DNA of 64,000 bases from a virus: IMG/VR virus record IMGVR_UViG_3300024999_000083; one strand, written 5' to 3'. Both the position numbers and the translations under genes were made by a program. Positions 18,912 to 28,331 of the stretch are shown piece by piece; the stretch's first letter is position 1, and every line of letters begins with the position of its first letter. Under the pieces are notes generated by a model that saw nothing but the letters and a program-made list of their open reading frames with translations, made no database searches and had not been told where the DNA came from.

Positions 18912-21355
18912 TAGAATTGGAATCATCTAAAGAACTAGAAGAAAAGAAACCTGATTTAGACAAAATATATGAGTTTGTAGCAACTATTACATATTCAATA
19001 TATTACGATCAACAAAGAAATTTTGGTATATATGAGTTTACAACAGATAGTAAATTGCCATATACTAACGATTATATATACAGAGATAAAACTAGATACT
19101 TAGGTTGTTTAAGTGGAAATATGCAAGAATTATATTGTGAAACTGATTATAAGGTTGTCGCTAAACTAAAATATAATAAGAAATATAAAAAATATGATTA
19201 TTTTATTGAAAGTGTCTTTAGTGAGCAACCAAAAACACCAAATGAACAAAGAAAATTTCTAGAGGTTTTATGTACTAAAAGGCAAGCAGATATAATACTA
19301 GAATCTTATCCAAACATTATTGAAGACGTAATGACTGGAAAACATATTGATACTTCAAAATTTAAAGGAATAGGAGATAAAACATTTCAACCAATTAAAG
19401 ATAAAATATTAGAGAATTACATTATTCAAGATATTGTTGTTTTATTAAGACCTTTAGGTGTTACATTTAATACTATTAAAAAGATGTTAGGAGTTGAAGA
19501 TAATCCATCATTGCTTAAACAAAAAATAATGGAAAATCCTTATATACTGACATCTGTTCATGGGTTAGGGTTTAAAAAAGTAGATGAATTAGCCTTAAAA
19601 TTAAACCCTGATTTAAAATCAAGTTTACAAAGAACAAAGGCATTTCTATTCTATATATTTAAAGAAATTGCAAGTTCTGAAGGTCATACGTGGATTAGTA
19701 AAAGGGATTTGATTGGTTATGTGAGAAAGGATTTAAGAGAATGTATTGACATTTATAAAGACTTTATTGAACAAGAGACTGAAGATCCAATGTTGCTTTA
19801 TATTTATGATGAGAAGATTGGCCTATTAAAATACTACAATACAGCTAAAAATATTGTTGAAAGTTTATTTTGGTTAGATAGTTTAGAAAGTATGATAGAA
19901 CCTTTTACAGAAGACGAAATGGATGAATCTATAAAACAAACTGAAAAAGAATTGGGTTTTGAGTTCACTTTAGAACAGAAAAATGCTATTAAAAGTATTA
20001 ATGAACATAACGTAATAATAGTTACAGCTCCAGCAGGGGCCGGAAAATCAGTATCAATTAAAGGAATCTTCGACCTACTTACAAGAGCAAAAGTAAAAGA
20101 TAAATTTATAAGTAGCGAATATAATCAAATACATTCAGAAGATATAATGGGAAACGATGAATTTTCTACTAGTAATGAATTATGTCAAGGATTGTATGGA
20201 GATATATCTGTAATTGATGATCATTCAGTAATTAAGGTTGGTCAATCTGCTTTATCGGCAAAGGCAGCTAAAAGAATGAAAGAAGCATCAGGTGGACAAC
20301 AAGCGATGACAATGCATAGAATGCTAGGTTTTGGTGGAAATAATGGAGATGGTGGAAAGGGAGGATTTGCGTTTAAAAAGGATTTCCCAATGAAGTATCA
20401 TGTTAATGTACTTGACGAGGTTAGTTTAGTTAACAAGTCTTTAATTAATAGTTATATTAATGCAATACGACCACATAGTAAATTAGTATTAATATTTGAC
20501 TTTGCACAATTGCCACCCATCGGATCAGGAGATTTTACAAGAGATATTTTGAAAAGTAAATTATGTATTAATAAATTCACTAAAGTCCATAGGCAAGGCG
20601 AAAAAAGTGGTATATTAATGGACGCTAACAAAATAAGAGTTGGTATTAATCCAATAGAAAAATTAGAAAAGAAAATAGTTCATGGAGAATTAAGAGATAT
20701 GTTTTACAGATTTGAAACAGATAAAGAAAAAATGAGGGATATGGCGGTTGATGCCTATCTTAAATCTGTAGAAGATGTTGGTTTAGAGGAAGCAGTTATT
20801 ATCACTCCAAGAAAACGTAAATGTATTAATAGTGCTACTGAACTGAATAAGATCATACAAGATAAATTGATCCCTTATGGGGTAAAAAGTTTGACAAGGT
20901 GGAAAGATGGAGAACAATGTATTTTTAAACTTGGTGCAAAAGTTATGCAAAAGAAAAATAATTATGATAAGGATAAGATGGTTTTTAATGGCGATGAAGG
21001 TTATATAACCGATATTGATAAAAATGGTTTTACTATAAGTTTTACTCTTGAAAATGGTAAAAGAGAAGTTATTTATACTAATAGTGAATTAGACCAAATT
21101 GAATTATCATATGCTAACACAATTCATAGTGTTCAAGGATCTCAATTCCACTCAGTAATTTGTGTCTTTGATTCAAGTAGTTTTATAATGTTAAATCGCA
21201 AAATATTGTATACCGCAATTACTAGAGCAAGAAAGAAATGTATGCTTATTAGTGAACCAAGGGCTTTTAAAGTATGCTTAGACGATGAAAACAATAAACC
21301 ACGAAATACATTTTTAAGTGAAATGTTTGAGGTATATAATGAAGAAAGGAAGTAA
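18908..21355 (+). CDS. RecD-like SF1 DNA helicase (AAA_30/UvrD_C_2)
   Basis: Walker A VTAPAGAGKS; Walker B LDEVS; motif VI-like SVQGSQF...YTAITRARKKCML. Confidence 0.8.
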   Translation: MIELESSKELEEKKPDLDKIYEFVATITYSIYYDQQRNFGIYEFTTDSKLPYTNDYIYRDKTRYLGCLSGNMQELYCETDYKVVAKLKYNKKYKKYDYFIESVFSEQPKTPNEQRKFLEVLCTKRQADIILESYPNIIEDVMTGKHIDTSKFKGIGDKTFQPIKDKILENYIIQDIVVLLRPLGVTFNTIKKMLGVEDNPSLLKQKIMENPYILTSVHGLGFKKVDELALKLNPDLKSSLQRTKAFLFYIFKEIASSEGHTWISKRDLIGYVRKDLRECIDIYKDFIEQETEDPMLLYIYDEKIGLLKYYNTAKNIVESLFWLDSLESMIEPFTEDEMDESIKQTEKELGFEFTLEQKNAIKSINEHNVIIVTAPAGAGKSVSIKGIFDLLTRAKVKDKFISSEYNQIHSEDIMGNDEFSTSNELCQGLYGDISVIDDHSVIKVGQSALSAKAAKRMKEASGGQQAMTMHRMLGFGGNNGDGGKGGFAFKKDFPMKYHVNVLDEVSLVNKSLINSYINAIRPHSKLVLIFDFAQLPPIGSGDFTRDILKSKLCINKFTKVHRQGEKSGILMDANKIRVGINPIEKLEKKIVHGELRDMFYRFETDKEKMRDMAVDAYLKSVEDVGLEEAVIITPRKRKCINSATELNKIIQDKLIPYGVKSLTRWKDGEQCIFKLGAKVMQKKNNYDKDKMVFNGDEGYITDIDKNGFTISFTLENGKREVIYTNSELDQIELSYANTIHSVQGSQFHSVICVFDSSSFIMLNRKILYTAITRARKKCMLISEPRAFKVCLDDENNKPRNTFLSEMFEVYNEERK

Positions 21356-22100
21356 ATTACCATTTATTAATAGAGTGTGTGATGTTTGTGGAGAAGATAA
21401 GGAATCAGGATTTAAGATACATTTTTGTAAAGAAGTGAATATGTATCTATGTAATAAACATTATCAACAAATAAAATTATATGGAATGATAAAGCATAGA
21501 ACTAGAAAAGATTTAAATGAGATAATTATATACGATACATATGCTGAAATTATTTTGTATGACTTGGAAAATAAAGAAAAGTGCAGAGCAACTATTGACA
21601 TTGAGGAAATTGATAAAATTAAAGTTTATAAGTGGTCTGAGATGGGGAGTGGATATGTAACAGCAACGTATTACAAAGGAGATATGAAAACTGGAATATT
21701 ATTACATAGATTAATAATGGGACTAGATGATGAAAAAGATTTTGATCATATTGACGGAAATAGAAAAGATTGTCGAAAACAAAATTTAAGACCAGCGAGT
21801 AGTTTAGACAATGGCAAGAATAGATTGAAAACAAATACTAATACTTCTGGTTTCATAGGTGTATCTTGGAGTAAGGTAAAAGATATGTGGAGAAGTTATA
21901 TTCAAGTGGATTATAAACAAAAGCATTTAGGTTATTTCGATTCTATTAAGGAAGCAACATTTGAAAGAATTAAAGCAGAAATGAAATATTATAAGCAATA
22001 TAGAAACTTGTATAATGAAAATGAGTATATAAAAGTTTATGGGGAAGAAGATATAGTTAACCTAAAGCAAGAATTGTTACTATATAAAACCAATAAATAA
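21339..22100 (+). CDS. HNH homing endonuclease with AP2 DNA-binding domain
   Basis: HIDGNRKDCRKQNLR (HNH_3-like) then FIGVSW...WRSYI...KHLGYFDSIKEA (AP2-like); GAGGT RBS; start overlaps the helicase 3' end. Confidence 0.6.
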   Translation: MKKGSKLPFINRVCDVCGEDKESGFKIHFCKEVNMYLCNKHYQQIKLYGMIKHRTRKDLNEIIIYDTYAEIILYDLENKEKCRATIDIEEIDKIKVYKWSEMGSGYVTATYYKGDMKTGILLHRLIMGLDDEKDFDHIDGNRKDCRKQNLRPASSLDNGKNRLKTNTNTSGFIGVSWSKVKDMWRSYIQVDYKQKHLGYFDSIKEATFERIKAEMKYYKQYRNLYNENEYIKVYGEEDIVNLKQELLLYKTNK

Positions 22101-22107
22101 AATTCCT

Positions 22108-22136
22108 TGACATCAAATTCCCTACATGCTATAATA
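22108..22136 (+). promoter_or_regulatory. consensus sigma-A promoter TTGACA-17-TATAAT
   Basis: Perfect -35 and -10 with 17-nt spacer; followed by GAAAGGAGGTG RBS. Confidence 0.65.
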
Positions 22137-22164
22137 TAAACATAGAAAGGAGGTGAAACAAAAA

Positions 22165-22311
22165 ATGAATCCAACAAAAATCATCAATCGCATCGACGGA
22201 ATTTGGACTACTTGCACTTCACAAGAATACAATTCTCAAGACAAAGCAAACTTCATGTTCAGTACAAGTGATTTAACCAATATTACTACATATTACAAAA
22301 AGATTGGTTAA
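22165..22311 (+). CDS. small hypothetical protein (48 aa) behind the consensus promoter
   Basis: Strong RBS plus ATG at 22165. Confidence 0.35.
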   Translation: MNPTKIINRIDGIWTTCTSQEYNSQDKANFMFSTSDLTNITTYYKKIG

Positions 22312-22368
22312 TCTATCATAATTCCTAAACACAAATCATAAAATAATTATCATAATATTAGCAAGAGT

Positions 22369-22641
22369 TTGATCACATATCTTATCAACACTACTAATCA
22401 AATTCTTGCTAAATCAAAAGAGGTGATACATATTAAAATTTTAACAGATGCTATGGATAGTTCTGAGTGGTTAGAAATATCCAAAGAAGAATATGAAAAT
22501 CATTATACAGACAAAATTAATTATATGCATTGTTTTGAACAAGATACAGGTAAAGTTGGTTATTATAAAAGAGAATTGTTTATTGCTTTAGGTAGAGAGT
22601 GGTTTGAATCAGAAATTAAAAATGAGAGGATTGAAGATTAA
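22369..22641 (+). CDS. hypothetical protein
   Basis: ORF. Confidence 0.4.
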   Translation: MITYLINTTNQILAKSKEVIHIKILTDAMDSSEWLEISKEEYENHYTDKINYMHCFEQDTGKVGYYKRELFIALGREWFESEIKNERIED

Positions 22642-22644
22642 AAC

Positions 22645-22842
22645 TTGGTAACATTCGGTTTATGTTCTCATGATATTTGTGAAAAATCTAATGAATGCAA
22701 ACGTTACTTATATAAAGACTTACCTCATATAAATCCTATATTCTTTAGATTTAAAAATATTTGTGATGAAAGTAATGAATATCAGTGGATGATTAAAGTA
22801 GAAACTAGTGACTTAATTCCAAAAGAAGAAGGTGATGCATAA
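22645..22842 (+). CDS. hypothetical protein
   Basis: ORF. Confidence 0.35.
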   Translation: MVTFGLCSHDICEKSNECKRYLYKDLPHINPIFFRFKNICDESNEYQWMIKVETSDLIPKEEGDA

Positions 22843-23023
22843 TCAGAGAAATATATATTGTCGAACAACTGAAACCGTTACTCAATAATTATCCTATTCT
22901 GAACATTAAACAATTAGACGAGTTAAGGATATTATCTAATTTATTAAGTTCATCATTAGGTGAATATCTTTACAATAAAAGAATTAATGGTTATTTAAAA
23001 TAGAAAGAAGATGAATAAAACAT

Positions 23024-23263
23024 TTGAGTGTTAATTTAAGTGGTGCAGATTTTAATAAATACATTGTCATTAAACAAGAAGACATGGTTAAACATGCTTT
23101 AGAACAAGATAGAACTGATTTAGCTAGAATACTTAAAAATATTAGAATCAGCAGATATAAATTCAATAAGAACACAGGAAATAAATATCTTGTTATTAAT
23201 GTTGATGTTGATTATGCTGACGAGGTTGTTGATATTCTAAAGAAGAATAATCATTGGAAATAA
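23024..23263 (+). CDS. hypothetical protein
   Basis: ORF. Confidence 0.4.
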   Translation: MSVNLSGADFNKYIVIKQEDMVKHALEQDRTDLARILKNIRISRYKFNKNTGNKYLVINVDVDYADEVVDILKKNNHWK

Positions 23264-23282
23264 ATGAAGGGAGGTGATGTAA

Positions 23283-23435
23283 TTGGATTATATAGAGCAA
23301 ATAGTTTTAGAAATAAAGAATTCAAAAACAGACAATGAAATTAGGAATATCTTATGTGATATTTACGTTTCTACTCAAATGGATTCAAGTATTAGAGAAG
23401 AATTTGACAATCTATGTTTAGCGTTTTTATCTTAA
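23283..23435 (+). CDS. small protein, paralog of the 6315-6587 C-terminus (TTG start)
   Basis: AAGGGAGGTG RBS then TTG; the shared motif is noted under 6315. Confidence 0.35.
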   Translation: MDYIEQIVLEIKNSKTDNEIRNILCDIYVSTQMDSSIREEFDNLCLAFLS

Positions 23436-23517
23436 ATTCTTAGGATAAAAGAAGATATTGATGGGATAATGGGATGTAATAATAAATATTAAAATAATTA
23501 TATTGGAGGATACATAA

Positions 23518-25806
23518 TTGAAAGTACAAAAAAGAAATAGCACATTGGTTGACTTTGATAAAAATAGTATCATTCGAGCAATTGAAAAAGCTATGCTTGA
23601 AACAAAAGAAGGAATTGATACTAAACTAAGTCATGATATTGCAAATAAAATTGAGTCTATTGGATTAGAAGTATACTCAGTTGAAAATATTCAAGATTTT
23701 GTGGAAGATATTTTAATGGAAAGCAATAGAAAGGATGTAGCAAAGAGATATATTATCTATCGCAATCAAAGAGATAAGGTTCGCAAAAACAAAGTAAAAG
23801 GACTTCTTAGTGAAGAGTTTATAAGCAAATATAAACATTTACCTTCACCAATGAATCAATTAGGAAGTTTTGTTTATTATCGTACATATAGTAGATGGCT
23901 TCCAGATGAACAAAGAAGAGAATATTGGTGGGAAACTGTAAAAAGAGCAGTGGAATATAATTGCAGTTTAGTTCCAACTTCTAAAGAAGAAGCAGAAAAA
24001 CTATATGATAATATTTATAATCTTAGGCAGTTTTTATCAGGTAGAACATTTTGGGTAGGAGGAACACAAGTAGCTTATAAGTATCCCTGTTCCAACTTCA
24101 ATTGTGCCTTCATTATTATTAATAGTATTAAATCATTTGAAGAATTATTTTATTTGCTTATGGTAGGAACAGGTGTTGGAGTAAGAGTTTTAAAAGCAGA
24201 TGTAGATAAATTACCTAAAATTAAAAATAATATTGATATTATACATAAAGAATACAATCCTTTACCTAAAGATGGTAGAGAAGACTACACTTCTTTAAAA
24301 TTTAAAAAAGATATTGCTACTATAATTATGGGTGATTCTAAAGAAGGTTGGAGTAAGGCACTATATTATTATCTAGAATTACTAACCAACAGTTATTATG
24401 AAAATATTAAATTAATTGTTTTGGATTATGATAATGTTAGACCAAAAGGAGAGAGACTAAAAACATTTGGTGGAACTGCTTCTGGACACGAAAGTATAAA
24501 GAATATGTTTAAAAAAATACATACTATAGTTAAAGATTCAAATAAAAAATTAAGCACGTTAAATTGTTTAGATATTGCTAATATAATTGGTGAAAACGTG
24601 GTTGTTGGTGGAGTAAGAAGGACAGCGGAGAACGGTCTTATTGACCATGATGATGATGAATCAATAAATGCAAAAAATAACTTATATATACAATCAGAAG
24701 GACAATGGATCGAAAATAAAGAAATATCTCATAGGAAAATGAGTAATAATTCAATTTTTTATACTGAAAAACCAACTAGAGAAAAATTGCATTGGCAAAT
24801 AGAGAAAATGAGATATTCAGGAGAACCAGCATTTGCTAATGCAGAAGCAGCATCCAAACGAAGAGTTAATTTTGAAGGACTTAACCCTTGTTTTGAGGTT
24901 TTATTGCAATCAAAAGGACTATGTAATTTAATTACATCCAATGTAATGAGCTTTGTCTTTAATGGAAAATTAAATATAGAAATGCTTTTAGAAGCGCAAA
25001 AATTAGCCGTAAGAGCAGGATACAGAATGACTTGTGTAGATTTAGAGTTACATGAATGGGATTTAGTTCAAAAGGAAGATAGGTTGTTAGGTTGCTCATT
25101 AACTGGTTGGCAGGATATGGTTAACGCAACTAATATGTCTTTACAAGAACAAAAAGAGACATTGATAAAACTCAAAGATGTTGCCATAGAAGAATCAAAA
25201 AAATATTCATCTCAATTAAATATGAAAGAACCATTATTGGTTACTACCGTGAAACCAGAAGGAACTTTGAGTTTATTACCCGGAGTATCTAGTGGAGTAC
25301 ATTATTCTCACTCGCCATTCTACATTAGAAGAATTAGAATTAATTCAGATGATCCTTTAGTAAAAGTTTGTGAAGAATTAAGTTATCCAGTTTTTGATGA
25401 TGGTATAAATACAAAAGTAATTGAATTCCCTGTAAAGTCTCCTAAAGGAAAAACTAAATATGATGTATCTGCAATTGAACAATTAGGAATATATAAAATG
25501 TTTCAAGAATGTTATGTACAACATAATACTAGCATTACCATTCATGTTAGAGAGAATGAATGGGATGAAGTTGAACAATGGTTATGGGACAATTGGGATG
25601 ATGTGATTGGAGTGTCATTCTTATCTTTAAGTGATAGTTTTTATCATTTAATGCCATATGAAACAATTACAGAAGAAGAATATAATAAAAGAGTTAAGGA
25701 AATGAATCCATTTATTCCATCATTGCTTTCAAAATATGAAAAAGAAGAAGTTGAACTAGATATTGGTAATGATGGATGTTCTTCTGGTTTATGTCCCATA
25801 CGCTAA
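23518..25806 (+). CDS. ribonucleotide reductase large subunit with N-terminal ATP-cone (class I/II-like active site NPCFE; class not resolved)
   Basis: ATP-cone KVQKRNSTLVDFDKNSIIRAIEKA; active-site finger NPCFEV; C-terminal Cys pair GCSSGLC; no NrdB seen. Confidence 0.75.
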   Translation: MKVQKRNSTLVDFDKNSIIRAIEKAMLETKEGIDTKLSHDIANKIESIGLEVYSVENIQDFVEDILMESNRKDVAKRYIIYRNQRDKVRKNKVKGLLSEEFISKYKHLPSPMNQLGSFVYYRTYSRWLPDEQRREYWWETVKRAVEYNCSLVPTSKEEAEKLYDNIYNLRQFLSGRTFWVGGTQVAYKYPCSNFNCAFIIINSIKSFEELFYLLMVGTGVGVRVLKADVDKLPKIKNNIDIIHKEYNPLPKDGREDYTSLKFKKDIATIIMGDSKEGWSKALYYYLELLTNSYYENIKLIVLDYDNVRPKGERLKTFGGTASGHESIKNMFKKIHTIVKDSNKKLSTLNCLDIANIIGENVVVGGVRRTAENGLIDHDDDESINAKNNLYIQSEGQWIENKEISHRKMSNNSIFYTEKPTREKLHWQIEKMRYSGEPAFANAEAASKRRVNFEGLNPCFEVLLQSKGLCNLITSNVMSFVFNGKLNIEMLLEAQKLAVRAGYRMTCVDLELHEWDLVQKEDRLLGCSLTGWQDMVNATNMSLQEQKETLIKLKDVAIEESKKYSSQLNMKEPLLVTTVKPEGTLSLLPGVSSGVHYSHSPFYIRRIRINSDDPLVKVCEELSYPVFDDGINTKVIEFPVKSPKGKTKYDVSAIEQLGIYKMFQECYVQHNTSITIHVRENEWDEVEQWLWDNWDDVIGVSFLSLSDSFYHLMPYETITEEEYNKRVKEMNPFIPSLLSKYEKEEVELDIGNDGCSSGLCPIR

Positions 25807-25840
25807 GATAAAATAAATAATAAAGTGAGGTAATTAATAA

Positions 25841-26356
25841 ATGAAAATAAGAGGTTTTGAAAGAATTTCAAAAGAGCAGTACGACAAAGATATCAAAGAA
25901 GAAATATTAAATAAATATTCACTCGATAACTGCTACATACACGAAGAAATCAAATTACCAAAACGTGCAACTGCACTATCTGCTGGATATGATGTTTTTA
26001 GTACACTGGAATTTCAATTGCTACCTAATGATGAAATTAAACTACCTACAGGTATTAAATCATATATGCAAAATGATGAAGTTTTAAAAGCATATCCAAG
26101 AAGTAGTTTAGGGTTTAAGTATTATCTTAGATTTGCAAATACTATTCCAGTAATTGATGCTGATTATATCTTTAGTAAAAATGAAGGTCATATTTGGATT
26201 AAGTTAAGAAATGAAGGTGAAAAAGTTTTGTCAATTAAAAAAGGTGAAGCAATTTGTCAGTTCATTTTTGAGAAATGCTTATTGGCAGATAGAGATAGTT
26301 ATGAAGGAGAAAAGCGTGATGGAGGAATTGGTAGTACAAATAAAGGAAGGGCTTAA
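25841..26356 (+). CDS. dut: dUTP diphosphatase (dUTPase)
   Basis: All five dUTPase motifs: SAGYDVFS, YPRSSLG, VIDADY, ICQFIF, RDGGIGSTNKG. Confidence 0.85.
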   Translation: MKIRGFERISKEQYDKDIKEEILNKYSLDNCYIHEEIKLPKRATALSAGYDVFSTLEFQLLPNDEIKLPTGIKSYMQNDEVLKAYPRSSLGFKYYLRFANTIPVIDADYIFSKNEGHIWIKLRNEGEKVLSIKKGEAICQFIFEKCLLADRDSYEGEKRDGGIGSTNKGRA

Positions 26357-27299
26357 TTGCCTTTCCTACCTCAAACACAAAGGAGTGATACAATACTTGA
26401 AATTATTAGAAAAAATCCATTCCAAAACTGACAACACAATTAAATACATATTCATGACACAAGATAATCTAATTATCGAATTATCATACATAAATAAAAA
26501 TGATGGTAAAGATATTATCTGTGTTCCTTCACAAACTTCTTGTAAAATGAAATGTAAATTCTGCCACATTACTGATGCTACAGATAAATTAATTAATAGA
26601 AATCTTACAGCACAAGAAATTAAAGAAGCAGTAGATAATGTCTATAATAACTTAAATTTATCACTTAATCCCAAATCATTACTAATATCTTATATGGGAT
26701 GTGGTGAACCGCTACTAAACTACAAATATATAAAAGATAGTATGGTATTACTCAGAAATGAATATCAAACCACAAAAGTTCCATTAATTAGATTTGCTAT
26801 AGCAACATCATTACCTGAATTTGCATGGATTAACTTCTTTAACTTAACCAATGAAATACATAAAGAAAAACTACCAGTAAAAATACATCTATCTTTACAT
26901 TACACTATTGATTCTATACGAAAAGATTGGATGCCTAACTCCTTATCAATTTTACCATCATTGGTTGCATTAGAATATTATAAGAAAATTACTAATAATT
27001 CAGTTGAGATTCATTACACTTTAATTGATGGAGTCAACGACACTGAACGAGATGCAATTAGATTGAGTGAGTTTTTAAAATATCGAGATATTCCAGTTAA
27101 ATTCTTATTCTATAATGAAAAACCAAGTATTGAATTTCATGCGAGTTCAAAAGAAAAATTGAATTTATTTAAGAGATATTTTGATAAGTATGATATTGAA
27201 TATGAGTATTATATCCCTCCAGGTCTTGATGTGGGAGCTAGTTGTGGTCAATTTTTGATGGATTATTACTTAAAGTATAATCTTATTAGAGCAAAATAA
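26319..27299 (+). CDS. RlmN/Cfr-family radical SAM RNA methyltransferase
   Basis: CVPSQTSCKMKCKFCHIT (CxxxCxxC with the upstream Cys, as in RlmN CVSSQVGCALECKFC); MGCGEPLLN; C-terminal ASCGQF matching the RlmN ACGQL Cys; start 26319 has an AAGGAG RBS. Confidence 0.7.
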   Translation: MEELVVQIKEGLNCLSYLKHKGVIQYLKLLEKIHSKTDNTIKYIFMTQDNLIIELSYINKNDGKDIICVPSQTSCKMKCKFCHITDATDKLINRNLTAQEIKEAVDNVYNNLNLSLNPKSLLISYMGCGEPLLNYKYIKDSMVLLRNEYQTTKVPLIRFAIATSLPEFAWINFFNLTNEIHKEKLPVKIHLSLHYTIDSIRKDWMPNSLSILPSLVALEYYKKITNNSVEIHYTLIDGVNDTERDAIRLSEFLKYRDIPVKFLFYNEKPSIEFHASSKEKLNLFKRYFDKYDIEYEYYIPPGLDVGASCGQFLMDYYLKYNLIRAK

Positions 27300-27337
27300 A
27301 ATAAACATTTTCTCGTATTTTAAGAAAGGAATAAGCA

Positions 27338-27484
27338 TATGTATTTTATTTTAGAGGTTTATATAGATGTAGACTCTGAAGAAGATGCTAAAGACATAGC
27401 ACATGATATTCATGAAATATTAGGAGACAATGGAATAACCAATAGTGTTAATGTAATAAATGATGAAAACGACGAAGCAAAATA
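27338..27484 (+). CDS. small acidic hypothetical protein
   Basis: AAAGGA RBS, ATG 27338. Confidence 0.3.
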
Positions 27485-27501
27485 AAGAAGGAGAAAATAT
27501 A

Positions 27502-27729
27502 ATGAAAACATTAAACAGACAAAAATCAGAAGAGTTATTCAATGAAATAAGAAGCATCGAATTTTCGGTAAATCATCTTGGAGCATATGTTCAAAATCCA
27601 GACTTCGTAAATGAAGAAAATGTATATCAAGATTATAATAGTTTTGATAATAAGTTCTCAAAAGTTATTGAACGGTTAAAAAATGTAAGGACAGAATTAT
27701 ATAAGTTATATGCAGAAGTTTTAAATTAG
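27502..27729 (+). CDS. hypothetical protein
   Basis: AAGGAG RBS before ATG 27502. Confidence 0.45.
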   Translation: MKTLNRQKSEELFNEIRSIEFSVNHLGAYVQNPDFVNEENVYQDYNSFDNKFSKVIERLKNVRTELYKLYAEVLN

Positions 27730-27799
27730 AATAAAAATTGAGTTAGCTACTCGTTTCTTACCCTTCATGATATTTAGATTTAGAAAGGAGTAAATAAAA

Positions 27800-27961
27800 A
27801 TGGCATATTTAGCTTATGGAATGGCATGGGTATCTACAGCTATAGCAACTTCAGTTGGGATTTATTATACAAAAGATGCAGACTGTCTTTGGGCAATGTT
27901 AATTCCTGCAATGATTAGTATAAGTTTTGGTGGTAAAGACAAGACAAATAATAAAGCATAG
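27800..27961 (+). CDS. small membrane protein (53 aa)
   Basis: AAAGGAG RBS; two hydrophobic segments. Confidence 0.35.
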   Translation: MAYLAYGMAWVSTAIATSVGIYYTKDADCLWAMLIPAMISISFGGKDKTNNKA

Positions 27962-27983
27962 AAATAAAAAGGAGATATTAAAA

Positions 27984-28322
27984 ATGCAAACATCCTACTA
28001 TGCAAAATACAAAGGTGAAAATGCTGTATCAATTGCAGGTAAATGTCCAACTTGGTATAAAGGTAGAGAATATAAAAAGTTAGCCCCTAATTATTGGTTC
28101 TTTAAGAGATACAAAGAAGATGGTGATAAACAATTCTATACTGAACAATATCAAAAAGAAATTCTTGATAAATTAGATCCACAACAAGTATATGAAGAAC
28201 TTGGTAAAGATGCTGTATTGCTCTGTTGGGAGAAAAGTTCTGACTTCTGCCACAGACATATCGTTTCAAGTTGGTTAATGAAGGAATTAGGAATTGAAAT
28301 TAAAGAATATATTAAGGAGTGA
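27984..28322 (+). CDS. DUF488-like protein
   Basis: AAAGGAG RBS; C-terminal ...SDFCHRHIV... motif typical of DUF488. Confidence 0.4.
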   Translation: MQTSYYAKYKGENAVSIAGKCPTWYKGREYKKLAPNYWFFKRYKEDGDKQFYTEQYQKEILDKLDPQQVYEELGKDAVLLCWEKSSDFCHRHIVSSWLMKELGIEIKEYIKE

Positions 28323-28331
28323 ATCTAAACA

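Noticed and set aside
23518-27299. Interpretation as anaerobic class III RNR (NrdD) plus NrdG activase
   Set aside because: The large protein lacks a C-terminal glycyl-radical motif and has an NPCFE class I/II-type finger. The radical SAM protein carries RlmN/Cfr signatures (CVPSQxxC, MGCGEPL, SCGQF) and is about twice NrdG size.
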